A stretch of 62,017 bases of DNA from an uncultured Clostridia bacterium (GTDB taxonomy: Bacteria > Bacillota > Clostridia > Christensenellales > UBA3700). The stretch is taken from positions 1-62,017 of the forward strand of contig CAMWQA010000003.1 of NCBI GenBank assembly GCA_947176265.1, given 5' to 3'. A program made the position numbers and the translations under genes. This document shows positions 8,801 through 16,883 of the stretch, piece by piece; position 1 is the stretch's first letter, and each line of letters opens with the position of its first letter. Under the pieces are notes generated by a model. It saw only the letters and a program-made list of their open reading frames with translations, was not told the DNA's origin and ran no database searches.

Positions 8801-9354
8801 ATATAAACGTAGTAGTCCTCGACACCGAAGTATACTCCAACACCGGCGGTCAGGCTTCCAAGTCCTCTCCTACCGGCGCAGTTGCTAAGTTCGCAGCAGG
8901 CGGTAAGTTGACGAAGAAGAAAGACCTCGGCAAGATGGCAATGAGCTACGGTTACGTATACGTCGCTCAAGTAGCTATGGGCGCAAATATGGCTCAATAC
9001 GTCAAGGCTTTGAAAGAGGCTGAGGAATACGACGGACCGTCGCTCATCATCTGCTACGCTCCATGTATCAACCACGGTATCAATATGTCCAACTCGCAGC
9101 TTGAAGAAAAGAGAGCCGTTGAGGCAGGATACTGGCAGTTGTATAGATTCAACCCAGCCTTAGCAGAACAAGGCAAGAATCCGTTCCAACTCGACAGCAA
9201 AGAAGCTACCGCTGATTACAAGGAATTCCTCCTCGGCGAAAACAGATACGCTCAACTTGCAAAGGCAAAACCGCAAGTCGCAGAAAAGCTCTTCGCTATC
9301 AACGAGAAGGAAGCAAAAGACAGATACGCAGGCTACAAGAAGTTGTCTGAATAA
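5818..9354 (+). CDS. nifJ: Pyruvate:ferredoxin (flavodoxin) oxidoreductase, single-chain PFOR
   Basis: 1178 aa. Two ferredoxin-type clusters 'CLQCNQCSFVCPHA' and 'CSGCGNCANICP', the TPP-binding 'GGDGWAYDIGYGGLDH', and an N-terminal 'DGNTAAAHVAYA'. Confidence 0.97.
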   Translation: MSKKMTIDGNTAAAHVAYAMSEVAAIYPITPSSPMAENCDEWATAGRKNIFGQVLKLAEMQSEAGAAGAVHGSLMAGALTTTFTASQGLLLMIPNMYKIAGELTPCVFHVSARALAYHALNIFGDHSDVMACRQTGFAMLCSNSVQEVMDLALVAHLATLKAKVPFIHFFDGFRTSHEVSKIEVIDYADIKNTVDKKYLPYIDEFRKRSLNPEHPIQKGTAQNPDIYFQNREACNSYYEAVPQIVEEAMEDVKAITGREYKPYQYYGAEDAKSIIVIMGSGAEAVSETVDYLNAKGGKYGVLKVRLFRPFSAQMFANAIPESVKKIAVLDRVKESGSAGEPLYLDVVTALHEAGRKIAVTGGRYGLGSKEFTPSMVNAIFKNMESKEAKNHFTVGIVDDVTNTSINVSEKIDASAKGAISCKFYGLGSDGTVGSNKNSIKIIGDYTEKYAQAYFAYDSKKSGGITVSHLRFGDTPIRSSYLIDQADFVACHNPSYVIKYDMISDLKDGGTFLLNSPWTLEEMEKQLPASMKNMIAKKHIKFYNIDAIKVVTEIGLGNRISTTMQACFFKLANVIDYAEADKHMKEFVVKSFSKKGEKVVNMNFAAIDNAIANIQEINYPESWATTTEGAVTKPVTNDAYFTKIIAPILAQEGDKLPVSAFVDHADGAVPTGTTKFEKRGIAVKVPVWIKENCLQCNQCSFVCPHACIIPVAQKAEALAKAPKTFETVPMKNPKAKDYNFRIQVSALDCSGCGNCANICPAKQKALVMTPLAEVLATGAAKNWEFADKLGDSDVPIARDSVIGSQFNRSLFEFSGACAGCGETPYLKVITQLYGDRMIVANATGCSSIYGGSAPTCPYSKNKKGEGPAWANSLFEDNAEFGFGMLTATNQRRVKLMEDMEAVMALGVSEDLASKFKAWMATYNDAIANKSASEEIKAVVAKEAKAEKDKEKKALLQNIAKNTDCLVKKSVWAFGGDGWAYDIGYGGLDHVLAQGQNINVVVLDTEVYSNTGGQASKSSPTGAVAKFAAGGKLTKKKDLGKMAMSYGYVYVAQVAMGANMAQYVKALKEAEEYDGPSLIICYAPCINHGINMSNSQLEEKRAVEAGYWQLYRFNPALAEQGKNPFQLDSKEATADYKEFLLGENRYAQLAKAKPQVAEKLFAINEKEAKDRYAGYKKLSE

Positions 9355-9387
9355 TAGACAATATAGCGTATTGAAAATATGCAACAC

Positions 9388-9416
9388 AAAAAGGGAAGCA
9401 AACGCTTCCCTTTTTA
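9388..9416. terminator. Bidirectional rho-independent terminator between the convergent PFOR gene and the 9435 gene
   Basis: AAAAAGGGAAGC-AAAC-GCTTCCCTTTTT: a 7-bp GC-rich stem flanked by an A-run and a T-run. Confidence 0.8.
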
Positions 9417-9434
9417 ATTTAAATTAATTTGTAT

Positions 9435-10139
9435 TCAATTAAATAAATATTTCAAGTCCACGTCAGACGTAAAGACGTATACTTGCTCTTTTAAGTAAAT
9501 CGTGTAGGCGTGCTTACGCGCTCCGTTGACGGTATAAGACGAATGATAAACTCTATAATTGCCATATAGGAAAGAATCGAAACCGCTCATTAAAATGGCG
9601 TAATATCTGCCGTCCATACTCGTGACGTTTTCTTCAAGAAATAGCGTAACTTCGACTTTTACTCCGTCTTTGACGTAATACTCTCTGTATGCGCTTTCGT
9701 CTTGCGTAACTTGCGTCTTTACTATTGTCCACTCGTCTGAATAGTCGTAAATTAGGTCTATTTCGGCATTCTTGATATTCTTATCCGTCTCGTCAAAAGA
9801 TATATTGTCGTCAGACTTAAAATTCCAGCTACTGCGATAATCTATTACGTCTGCTCCTACGTTTGAACCGCCGTTGCCCGCATCGGGAGCCGTTGGAGAT
9901 CTGAATATCGATATAGAAATGAGGATAACTGCAATGGTAATCACGGCAAGGCAGCAAGCAAACGAAGCCCAAGCTGTACGGTTTCTACGCGCAGCCCTCT
10001 GCTTTTCTTCGGCTTTCTGTTGCTCTAATCTTCCGCCAAGCGCCTTTTTGCTCTCTATCTTTTGCAACAAGCCGTCTTTGTCGGGAGCGTTAAGCTCTTC
10101 AAAAGCCTTGATTAAGTTGTCCTTCTGTTTTTTCTTCAT
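9435..10139 (-). CDS. Single-pass membrane protein; putative anti-sigma factor, by position only
   Basis: It starts 56 nt downstream of the ECF sigma gene. It has a ~55-aa charged N-terminus, one TM segment ('WASFACCLAVITIAVILISISIF') and a ~150-aa external domain. It has no ZAS (HxxxCxxC) motif. Confidence 0.4.
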   Translation of the reverse strand: MKKKQKDNLIKAFEELNAPDKDGLLQKIESKKALGGRLEQQKAEEKQRAARRNRTAWASFACCLAVITIAVILISISIFRSPTAPDAGNGGSNVGADVIDYRSSWNFKSDDNISFDETDKNIKNAEIDLIYDYSDEWTIVKTQVTQDESAYREYYVKDGVKVEVTLFLEENVTSMDGRYYAILMSGFDSFLYGNYRVYHSSYTVNGARKHAYTIYLKEQVYVFTSDVDLKYLFN

Positions 10140-10195
10140 ATATCCTCTATTAATACACTTTTATCGTTATTTTGTATCGCTACATTATTATTTTG

Positions 10196-10765
10196 CTACA
10201 AAAAATCTTTTAGTTTGCCTATTGCTCTTTTATACGTTCTCTCGACGCTACCCAGCGATCTGTCGAGTTTTTGCGCTATCTCCCTGAAAGTCATATCTAT
10301 ATAGAACTTGCAATAAATCACGCTGTACTCTTCGTCGTCAAGAAGTTTCAGTCCCTGCCGCACGGTAATGGACGTCACTTTATCGTCGATACTCTGCCTT
10401 GTGGCAAGGATATTTTCATTAAGCGGCGCAATTCGTCGACGCTTCTCGCCTCTTACCATATTGAGATATTTATTTTTGATAATTTTGCAAAGATAATTAA
10501 ACGCGCTGCGGCCGGCTTTGTAATGACTTGCGATATACTCTATATTGGCAAAAATCTCCGCCACCAAATCTTCTGCCGTCATAGCGTGTCGGCAATAGCG
10601 GAAAGCCACGCAGTAAAGTCCCCTGTAAGTGAGTTCAAAAAGCTGAGCAACACTTTCCGTCTTGCCTTGAGCTACGTCAATCAAACATTTCTCGACTTGT
10701 CTGTCAAGCTCTTTGCCCGCTTCTTTCATATATTGAGCGTAACACACGCTCTGCTGAGTTGTCAA
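10196..10765 (-). CDS. RNA polymerase sigma factor, sigma-70/ECF (group 4) family
   Basis: Region 2-like 'LFELTYRGLYCVAFRY' and a region 4 HTH 'FREIAQKLDRSLGSVERTYKRAIGKLKDFL'. The listed start is TTG. An ATG 12 codons in (10729) is an alternative, and neither has a clear Shine-Dalgarno. Confidence 0.8.
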   Translation of the reverse strand: MTTQQSVCYAQYMKEAGKELDRQVEKCLIDVAQGKTESVAQLFELTYRGLYCVAFRYCRHAMTAEDLVAEIFANIEYIASHYKAGRSAFNYLCKIIKNKYLNMVRGEKRRRIAPLNENILATRQSIDDKVTSITVRQGLKLLDDEEYSVIYCKFYIDMTFREIAQKLDRSLGSVERTYKRAIGKLKDFL

Positions 10766-10867
10766 CTTTGAGTTTTATCGAATTTTTCAAAAAATTTTTA
10801 TCAAGGCGATACAAATTACGTTTTGAGGTGTAGTATTAGGAGAAATACAAAAACGGAGGAAAACGGT

Positions 10868-12460
10868 ATGAGAAAAAAATACGTTGTTTTCGCACTTATA
10901 TTGATAATGGTTACGTCAATTTTGCTATTGACATTTTCTGCTTGCAAAGGCTTACCGAAAGACGGCAACGATACCGGCTTACCGCCATCAAATCCAGGAT
11001 CCGCAGGCCCCAAGCCACTTTCCCCCGGTAGCGATGACAGTCCGTCATCTTATCCAAACGACTCTACTTACGAGCCCGACTATGATTATAACACGATAAA
11101 AGAAAATCCCGTAATTTCCACGGATAAGCAAAAGGATTTGTATTTCTCCGTAGACACGCATACCGCGTCGTATACTCAACTCAAGAACATGATTTTGAAC
11201 GGAAGTTATTACGGCTCTTTAGCTAAATTTGTCAAGATTGACCAAATGCTCAACTATTTTAATTACGACTACTCCAAGCCCAACGACGACGAGCTGCTTG
11301 CAATAAACGCGTCGATGTTCGACTGTCCTTACAACAGCGAGAAAAAGTTGCTCCGCATCGGACTTACTTCAAAAGAGATTCAACTCGGGAGCGTGCAAAA
11401 TAATATCGTCTTGCTTTTGGACGTATCTGGCTCTATGAGCGGAGAGCGCAAAATAGAGCTTATGAAAAAAGCTATGATACAAATGGTGGAAAATCTCAAC
11501 CCAAACGATACCATATCTATCGTGACTTACAGCGACAAAACTCGAGTTGTAATCGACGGAATGGTCATGAGCGAAAACGCTAATGAGATAAAGCGCAAGA
11601 TAAACGACTTGCGAGCCGACGGCGGAACTAACGGCTCGGGCGGTATCCAAAAAGCGTATGAAGTCGCTAAAAAGCACTTTATTGCAGACGGCAACAACCG
11701 CGTGATACTTGCTACCGACGGAGATTTTAATATTGGAATCAGCTCCCCCGGCAAACTTAAAGAATTTATTGCAGGAAAGCGCAACGACGGTATCTTCCTC
11801 ACTTGCATAGGACTTGGCAACAGCTACGATTATTCTATCGAGACCATGGAAGCTCTTGCAAAGAGCGGCAACGGATATTGGGGATATATACACGATATGG
11901 ACGACGCTAAAAAGTTGCTTGTAGACGACCTTTCCTCGACTATTATTACCATAGCAAAGGACGTAAAAGCTAAGATAGTATTCAACGAAGACGTTGTCAA
12001 AGACTTCAGACTCTTGGGATATGAAAATAATATACTCTCCAGCGACGACTATGAAGACAACACAACCGACGCAGGCGAAATAGGAACTGGATTTACGCTT
12101 TCGCTGTGTTTTGAAATAGGTCTTAAAGAAGACGTAGATTTGTCGCAAGATCTTGATATTGCCAAAGTTAATATAAGATACAAAGACGCAAAATCTACAC
12201 CCGAAGATACCTCAAGCGAGTTGGATTTGCCAATCAAATCTCAATGCTACACAACCGACCTGTCGCAAGACGACAAATTTGTGGCAAGCGTAGTGGAATT
12301 TGCGCTCATACTTCTTGGCTCAAAATATAAAGCTGACGCAGATATCGACAACGTGATTGAAAGATTGCAATCAATAGAGTTTGACGACGAGTATAAAACT
12401 CAATTTGTACAAGTAGTCAATACCTACAAAGTCAATTCAAGTTCTACCAGCTTGCGATAA
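10868..12460 (+). CDS. von Willebrand factor type A (VWA) domain lipoprotein, YfbK-like
   Basis: Start re-set to the ATG at 10868, which has a GGAGG Shine-Dalgarno 8 nt upstream. Lipobox 'LLLTFSAC', the YfbK-type N-domain 'IDQMLNYFNYDY', MIDAS 'LLLDVSGSMSG', then 'ILATDGDFN'. Confidence 0.8.
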   Translation: MRKKYVVFALILIMVTSILLLTFSACKGLPKDGNDTGLPPSNPGSAGPKPLSPGSDDSPSSYPNDSTYEPDYDYNTIKENPVISTDKQKDLYFSVDTHTASYTQLKNMILNGSYYGSLAKFVKIDQMLNYFNYDYSKPNDDELLAINASMFDCPYNSEKKLLRIGLTSKEIQLGSVQNNIVLLLDVSGSMSGERKIELMKKAMIQMVENLNPNDTISIVTYSDKTRVVIDGMVMSENANEIKRKINDLRADGGTNGSGGIQKAYEVAKKHFIADGNNRVILATDGDFNIGISSPGKLKEFIAGKRNDGIFLTCIGLGNSYDYSIETMEALAKSGNGYWGYIHDMDDAKKLLVDDLSSTIITIAKDVKAKIVFNEDVVKDFRLLGYENNILSSDDYEDNTTDAGEIGTGFTLSLCFEIGLKEDVDLSQDLDIAKVNIRYKDAKSTPEDTSSELDLPIKSQCYTTDLSQDDKFVASVVEFALILLGSKYKADADIDNVIERLQSIEFDDEYKTQFVQVVNTYKVNSSSTSLR

Positions 12461-12505
12461 TTTTTCCAATCGACACCTAAACAAGTCTTTGTATTTTAAA
12501 AACGT

Positions 12506-12539
12506 GGAGTTGCCACTTCTGTGACAACTCCTTTTATTT
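12506..12539. terminator. Rho-independent terminator between the convergent VWA and glycosylase genes
   Basis: GGAGTTGCCAC-TTCT-GTGACAACTCC (one mismatch) followed by TTTTATTTG. The reverse strand also ends in a T-run. Confidence 0.65.
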
Positions 12540-12998
12540 GAGATACTCTCTTATCTTCATCCACTCTTCTTTGTCCCATTTGCCTGCGTTGGCGGGCGAA
12601 GTGGACGGCAAATAATGAAAAGTCAAATGCGGATACGCCTTTTGCGCAGTGTCAAAAGATTTACGCCCGTTGCAAAATATCGCGCGTATATTTGCGCTCT
12701 TCAAAACCTGCTCAATATCGTTGGGCACTACGTCGGTAATATCGCTGTCTAGCGAGCCTTTGCGATTGCAAGAATATATAATATCCATCAATGCTATATT
12801 GTTGTCTAGCAACCATTGCTTCTTTTGCTCAATCGCTTCAGGGACTTCCTTGCCGACTATCTCCGCCGCCGTACTCCAAAATCTATTGCGCGGGTGCATA
12901 TAATAAAATCCCTTCTCAAGGGATTTTACCGACGCCATAGAGCCTAGTATTAGCACACGGCTGTCTTTATCAAAGATAGGTTCAAAAGAATAAATCAT
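12534..12998 (-). CDS. DNA-deoxyinosine (hypoxanthine) glycosylase, UDG-superfamily
   Basis: 'RVLILGSMASVKSL..GFYYMHPRNRFW' matches the family's 'ILGSFPS...YY.HP.N.FW' signature, and 'LPSTSPAN' lies near the C-terminus. Start set to the ATG at 12996-12998, which overlaps the upstream stop as TAATG. Confidence 0.75.
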   Translation of the reverse strand: MIYSFEPIFDKDSRVLILGSMASVKSLEKGFYYMHPRNRFWSTAAEIVGKEVPEAIEQKKQWLLDNNIALMDIIYSCNRKGSLDSDITDVVPNDIEQVLKSANIRAIFCNGRKSFDTAQKAYPHLTFHYLPSTSPANAGKWDKEEWMKIREYLK

Positions 12999-13825
12999 TA
13001 CTTGCTTACAAAAATCTTGGTGCAAGGAGCTTGTCCGCTCAGCACTTCGGATATGCTAAAGCGCGGATTTGCAATATACACTTCGCTTCCGTTTTTAAGC
13101 GGTTCTTTGATATACTCAAGCTTCGCCACCGCGCCGTTTGCGCCCACTCTCGACGAGCCCTTGCATTTGCCTTGCGCTTCGCATACCGCGTCGATGAGTT
13201 CGTAACTATCCTTGCCCGTGATTGTCTTGATCAAAGTTTTTTCGTCGCTTGGGTTGGAATAAATACCAAGCGTAGAAGTGTAAATCAACAGAGTTTTGCA
13301 CTTGACAAGACAAGCGATTTGCGACGCAGTCTCGTCGTTGTCCATACAATGCACGACGTCCGCTCTAGACTTTGCAAGTTCTTGCAATTCCACTTTGTCA
13401 ATTTCTTCCGAAGATAGCGGGTCGTTGTAATTTATGATGGGTATTGCGCCTTGCGCAGGACATCTCAAAAGCAACTTCTTGAGGTTTTCTTTCTTTGCAG
13501 GGTCGTTGAAATGTCTATGCTCTACCAGTATCTGTCTTACCGAATACTTAGGGTCGATATATTGACGGTAATTATTCATAAGAATAGTCTGTCCCTGCGC
13601 GGCATAGTCAACCTTAACTTCGCCGTAATCTCCGTCAATCTCACGTCCGTTGCGTCTTATATAGTCTATTCTGCCAATCTCCGTCGCTCCGCTCGACACC
13701 CAAATATATCCTGCTTTGAGTTCTCTGCTTATCCTTGCAATAGCGTTGTAGTCTATATCGCCCCACGCCTTGTTGACAAGCGCCATAGAGCCGACTTTTC
13801 CCACAAGTTCTACGTCAAATTTCAT
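12998..13825 (-). CDS. Amino-acid kinase family protein, glutamate 5-kinase (ProB)-like, without a PUA domain
   Basis: 'VGKVGSMAL', 'IWVSSGATEIG', 'AAQGQTILM', 'IPIINYNDPLSSEEI', 'MDNDETASQIA' and 'LLIYTSTLGIY' are collinear with the ProB kinase-domain motifs. No proA or proC is nearby. Confidence 0.65.
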   Translation of the reverse strand: MKFDVELVGKVGSMALVNKAWGDIDYNAIARISRELKAGYIWVSSGATEIGRIDYIRRNGREIDGDYGEVKVDYAAQGQTILMNNYRQYIDPKYSVRQILVEHRHFNDPAKKENLKKLLLRCPAQGAIPIINYNDPLSSEEIDKVELQELAKSRADVVHCMDNDETASQIACLVKCKTLLIYTSTLGIYSNPSDEKTLIKTITGKDSYELIDAVCEAQGKCKGSSRVGANGAVAKLEYIKEPLKNGSEVYIANPRFSISEVLSGQAPCTKIFVSK

Positions 13826-13865
13826 ACTAACCTCTTTTATCTTTACTATTATGTATTTCCAAATT

Positions 13866-15104
13866 TTACGCTGCTAACAGCGTTTCGTAATCTATATCAT
13901 GTTTTATACAGATAAGTACCGTTTGCCCCGACTGGATTATCTCTCCGCTGTCAATCTCGTCGATAGGCGTGCCTGTCGTGGTATTCTTGCTTGCATTCTC
14001 GTCCGCAATGAGATTTATCACGCCGTTTTCATCAATTTGCACCGTGACCGTTCCGTCCTCGTCCGTGCGGTATACTTGCGCAAATCCGTTGTAATCGTCA
14101 TCGGGAATTAAATCTCTGTACGTCTTCAATCTATTGAGCGCCTCGGGAGTTGGGTGTCCGTAGTCATTTCCTGCGCCGCAAGAGATAATAGCGTATTCGC
14201 AATCTATCTTGTTAAGAAAATCCATACAGGTCGAAGTCTTAGATCCGTGATGCGCCACTTTGAGTATATCTGCATCTACGTTGTTAAAGTAACCTTTATT
14301 TATAAGATACGGCTCATTTTTTTCATTGGAATCGCCCGTCAACACTATAGTTCTCCCTGCATACTCCAGCAAACATATAGGCGACACTGAGTTCTTATTC
14401 AAGGCGGAAGAACTCTTTTTTATCGACGGATAATCTGCCTCGTCAAACGAATAGCATTTCATAATCCAATTTTCTCCGCTTATCTGATAAGCGCCCACGT
14501 TATAATTAATCTTGGATTTCTTTATCACGCCGTTTTCAACGTACGTCTCCGCAAGAGCCTTATTGTAAACATCCCCCCACTTACCGCTAGTTCCTATATC
14601 TGCAACAGGCAAATAGAAATTCTTTATATCACACCTTTCCACAAGTTTGTCAGCTTCTCTAACGTGGTCGTAATCGGTATGCGTAAGGAAGAGATAATCA
14701 ATAGTAGTGATTTGCAATTCTGTGAGCGCGCCGACAATGACGTCGTCCCAATGCGAAGTCGTACCATTCTCGTTACCTATATCCATTACCATTACTTGCC
14801 CATCTGGGAGAATAAAAAGTATGCAATCGCCCTGTCCTATGTCAAGCACGCGCATCTCAAGTATATCTCCGTGAAGTTCAGCCACTCCGCTAGGTATAGG
14901 CTTATTACCGCTTGGCGGTTCGCCCGAAGGAGTCTCATCTTCGCCAAGCAAACTCTTGATAAGTTCTATTACGTCATTCCACATTCCTTTGATACTTATC
15001 AATATAATTGCAATTATCAGAAGAATGACCAAGATTACCGTCAGAATGGCGATAATCTTTTTGGTATCGGCGTTATTCTTTTTGCTAGGCTTTTTATTTG
15101 CCAT
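13866..15104 (-). CDS. Membrane-anchored metallo-beta-lactamase-fold protein (ComEC/Rec2 beta-lactamase-domain type)
   Basis: N-terminal TM anchor, 'LDIGQGDCILF', 'FLTHTDYDHV' and 'KVAHHGSKTS' (ComEC-type HHGS motif). Confidence 0.75.
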   Translation of the reverse strand: MANKKPSKKNNADTKKIIAILTVILVILLIIAIILISIKGMWNDVIELIKSLLGEDETPSGEPPSGNKPIPSGVAELHGDILEMRVLDIGQGDCILFILPDGQVMVMDIGNENGTTSHWDDVIVGALTELQITTIDYLFLTHTDYDHVREADKLVERCDIKNFYLPVADIGTSGKWGDVYNKALAETYVENGVIKKSKINYNVGAYQISGENWIMKCYSFDEADYPSIKKSSSALNKNSVSPICLLEYAGRTIVLTGDSNEKNEPYLINKGYFNNVDADILKVAHHGSKTSTCMDFLNKIDCEYAIISCGAGNDYGHPTPEALNRLKTYRDLIPDDDYNGFAQVYRTDEDGTVTVQIDENGVINLIADENASKNTTTGTPIDEIDSGEIIQSGQTVLICIKHDIDYETLLAA

Positions 15105-15136
15105 ACGTGCTCCTTTGACAAATCGTATTATGCAAA

Positions 15137-16756
15137 TTAATCTTCGTCGGAGAAATATTCCAACATCTTTTTCTTCTTAGGCGGTTTGTTGTCGCCGTGC
15201 TTGATAAACGCCGTAGTCACTAGAGCAAGTCCAATGAATATCGACGCGTAAATAAATACTGTGCTTTGGCTTATCTTGTCCATGAATATGCCCGCAAAGG
15301 CAGGAGTAACCGCCTGCGCCGACATTGAGAACGCGTAATAATATCCAGTGTACTTTCCTACCGTACTTCCCCTTGACAGCTCCGTGACCATAGGCAACGT
15401 ATTGACGTTGACGCATACCATACCAAAACCTGCAAGCAAATAACATAGCGGGAAAAGGTATTTTACTCCCGGGGTTGTGGCTTTCATAAAGAAGCAAGGT
15501 ATAAATGCAAGAGCCGCTACGATTACGCCGATTATTACCGTCTTTTTTCTGCCGAGTTTGTTGGCAAGAAGCGCAACCGGCAACAATGCAATTGCGCCGC
15601 CCGCTCCGTTGAGAATTGACAGTGTACCTACGTAGCCTTGCGTAAAGTTAAGCATTCTAGTTGCGTAAGTAGAAAGGTGCGACTTGACGGCGTTGTAGCC
15701 CATAAACCACAAGAATACCGTCATAAGTATCAAAAAGAGTGACACAAGTTTTGCCTTTGGCAGTTTATCCGTGCCTTCCGCCTCTTCCTCGTCGACGACG
15801 TTGTATTTCTGTTCTTCCTCTTCACGAAGCTCGACAAACTTATTCTCTTTAACTGTCAACATATAGACGAGCAATACTATAAGCAATACCACCGCCAACG
15901 AAATAAAGAGGAACAAATAATTCTTCGTAGGAGTATTCGCAAATACCTTGTAAAGCACGATTGCCACGACTCCGCCTGCTCCGCCCATAAAAGTGATGAG
16001 CGCGTTTGCCTGCGAACGCAACGGCTTTGGAGTGATGTCAGGCATAAGCGAAACTGCCGGCGAACGGTAAGACGCCATGGCTACCAACAGCATGAGCAAC
16101 GATACGATAAACATCACGAGTACCCACGCATTACTACGCACCATACTTGCGCCCATAGCAATTTGCGCGTCCTTGATTGCCAAAGATATGTCTGCGACTA
16201 TTATCGCTTGCGCTTCGTTCAAACCTTTGAGCGAACTCAATTTTGAAAGCGAATTGTAATCAAGATTTATATTCTTTTGAGTGAGAAAATCCGTTACATC
16301 CTGTCTATTCGTCAACAAATCTTTCAACTTGTCATTGAATTCCATCAACTTATTGATATCGCTATAACCGGCGTCCATAATCTTCTTGAATTGCACGAAC
16401 TCAAAAATGGAAAGTATCAAAATTGCAACGGCTGCGGCTATCGTACCCCAAAAAATAAACTTTGTACGTCTCCCCATCTTTCCGCCCTTTGATTTGTCGG
16501 ACAGCGATCCAAACAGCGGCAACAGGAATATTGCCAAGAGATTGTCAAGTCCCATAATCAAGCCGTATTGCCAAGAATTGAGACCAAATCTAGTGTTGAG
16601 GATAAGCGGCATTATGTAATCGTAGACTTCCCAAAAACACATGATTCCAAAGAACGCAAACCCCACGAGGATTGTTCTCTTGAAGTCTAATTTCAAAGTT
16701 CCGCCCTTTTGCGCGACTGCATTTTCTTCTTTCGTGATACCGCTCTCTTCTTTCAT
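15137..16756 (-). CDS. MFS transporter, GPH/SLC45-like sugar:cation symporter, with a ~90-aa soluble insertion
   Basis: About 12 TM segments, 'FGSLSDKSKGGKMGRRTKFIFWG' (GPH-type D..GRR motif), and a non-hydrophobic insert at about aa 118-205. Confidence 0.8.
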   Translation of the reverse strand: MKEESGITKEENAVAQKGGTLKLDFKRTILVGFAFFGIMCFWEVYDYIMPLILNTRFGLNSWQYGLIMGLDNLLAIFLLPLFGSLSDKSKGGKMGRRTKFIFWGTIAAAVAILILSIFEFVQFKKIMDAGYSDINKLMEFNDKLKDLLTNRQDVTDFLTQKNINLDYNSLSKLSSLKGLNEAQAIIVADISLAIKDAQIAMGASMVRSNAWVLVMFIVSLLMLLVAMASYRSPAVSLMPDITPKPLRSQANALITFMGGAGGVVAIVLYKVFANTPTKNYLFLFISLAVVLLIVLLVYMLTVKENKFVELREEEEQKYNVVDEEEAEGTDKLPKAKLVSLFLILMTVFLWFMGYNAVKSHLSTYATRMLNFTQGYVGTLSILNGAGGAIALLPVALLANKLGRKKTVIIGVIVAALAFIPCFFMKATTPGVKYLFPLCYLLAGFGMVCVNVNTLPMVTELSRGSTVGKYTGYYYAFSMSAQAVTPAFAGIFMDKISQSTVFIYASIFIGLALVTTAFIKHGDNKPPKKKKMLEYFSDED

Positions 16757-16883
16757 AATACCTCTTTGTCTTTGAGTCGTTTATATGAGTATAACACACA
16801 ATATAGCGCAATGTCCATTATTTTTGTCGCATACAAAATACCTCGCATATTTTAAAGTATTTTATATTTGCATAAAATATTCG

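Noticed and set aside
10823-10867. An N-terminal extension of the VWA gene (the listed start at 10823). Similar listed extensions exist for transketolase-C (32681), TatD (to 37550), the response regulator (to 54091), TetR (to 55781), YhcH (55774) and the NPP-like gene (22821).
   Set aside because: In each case an internal ATG with a good Shine-Dalgarno gives the canonical N-terminus (lipoprotein signal, 'MLIDSHAHL', 'MEYKVFVVEDD' and so on). The extensions start at TTG/GTG or overlap the upstream gene.
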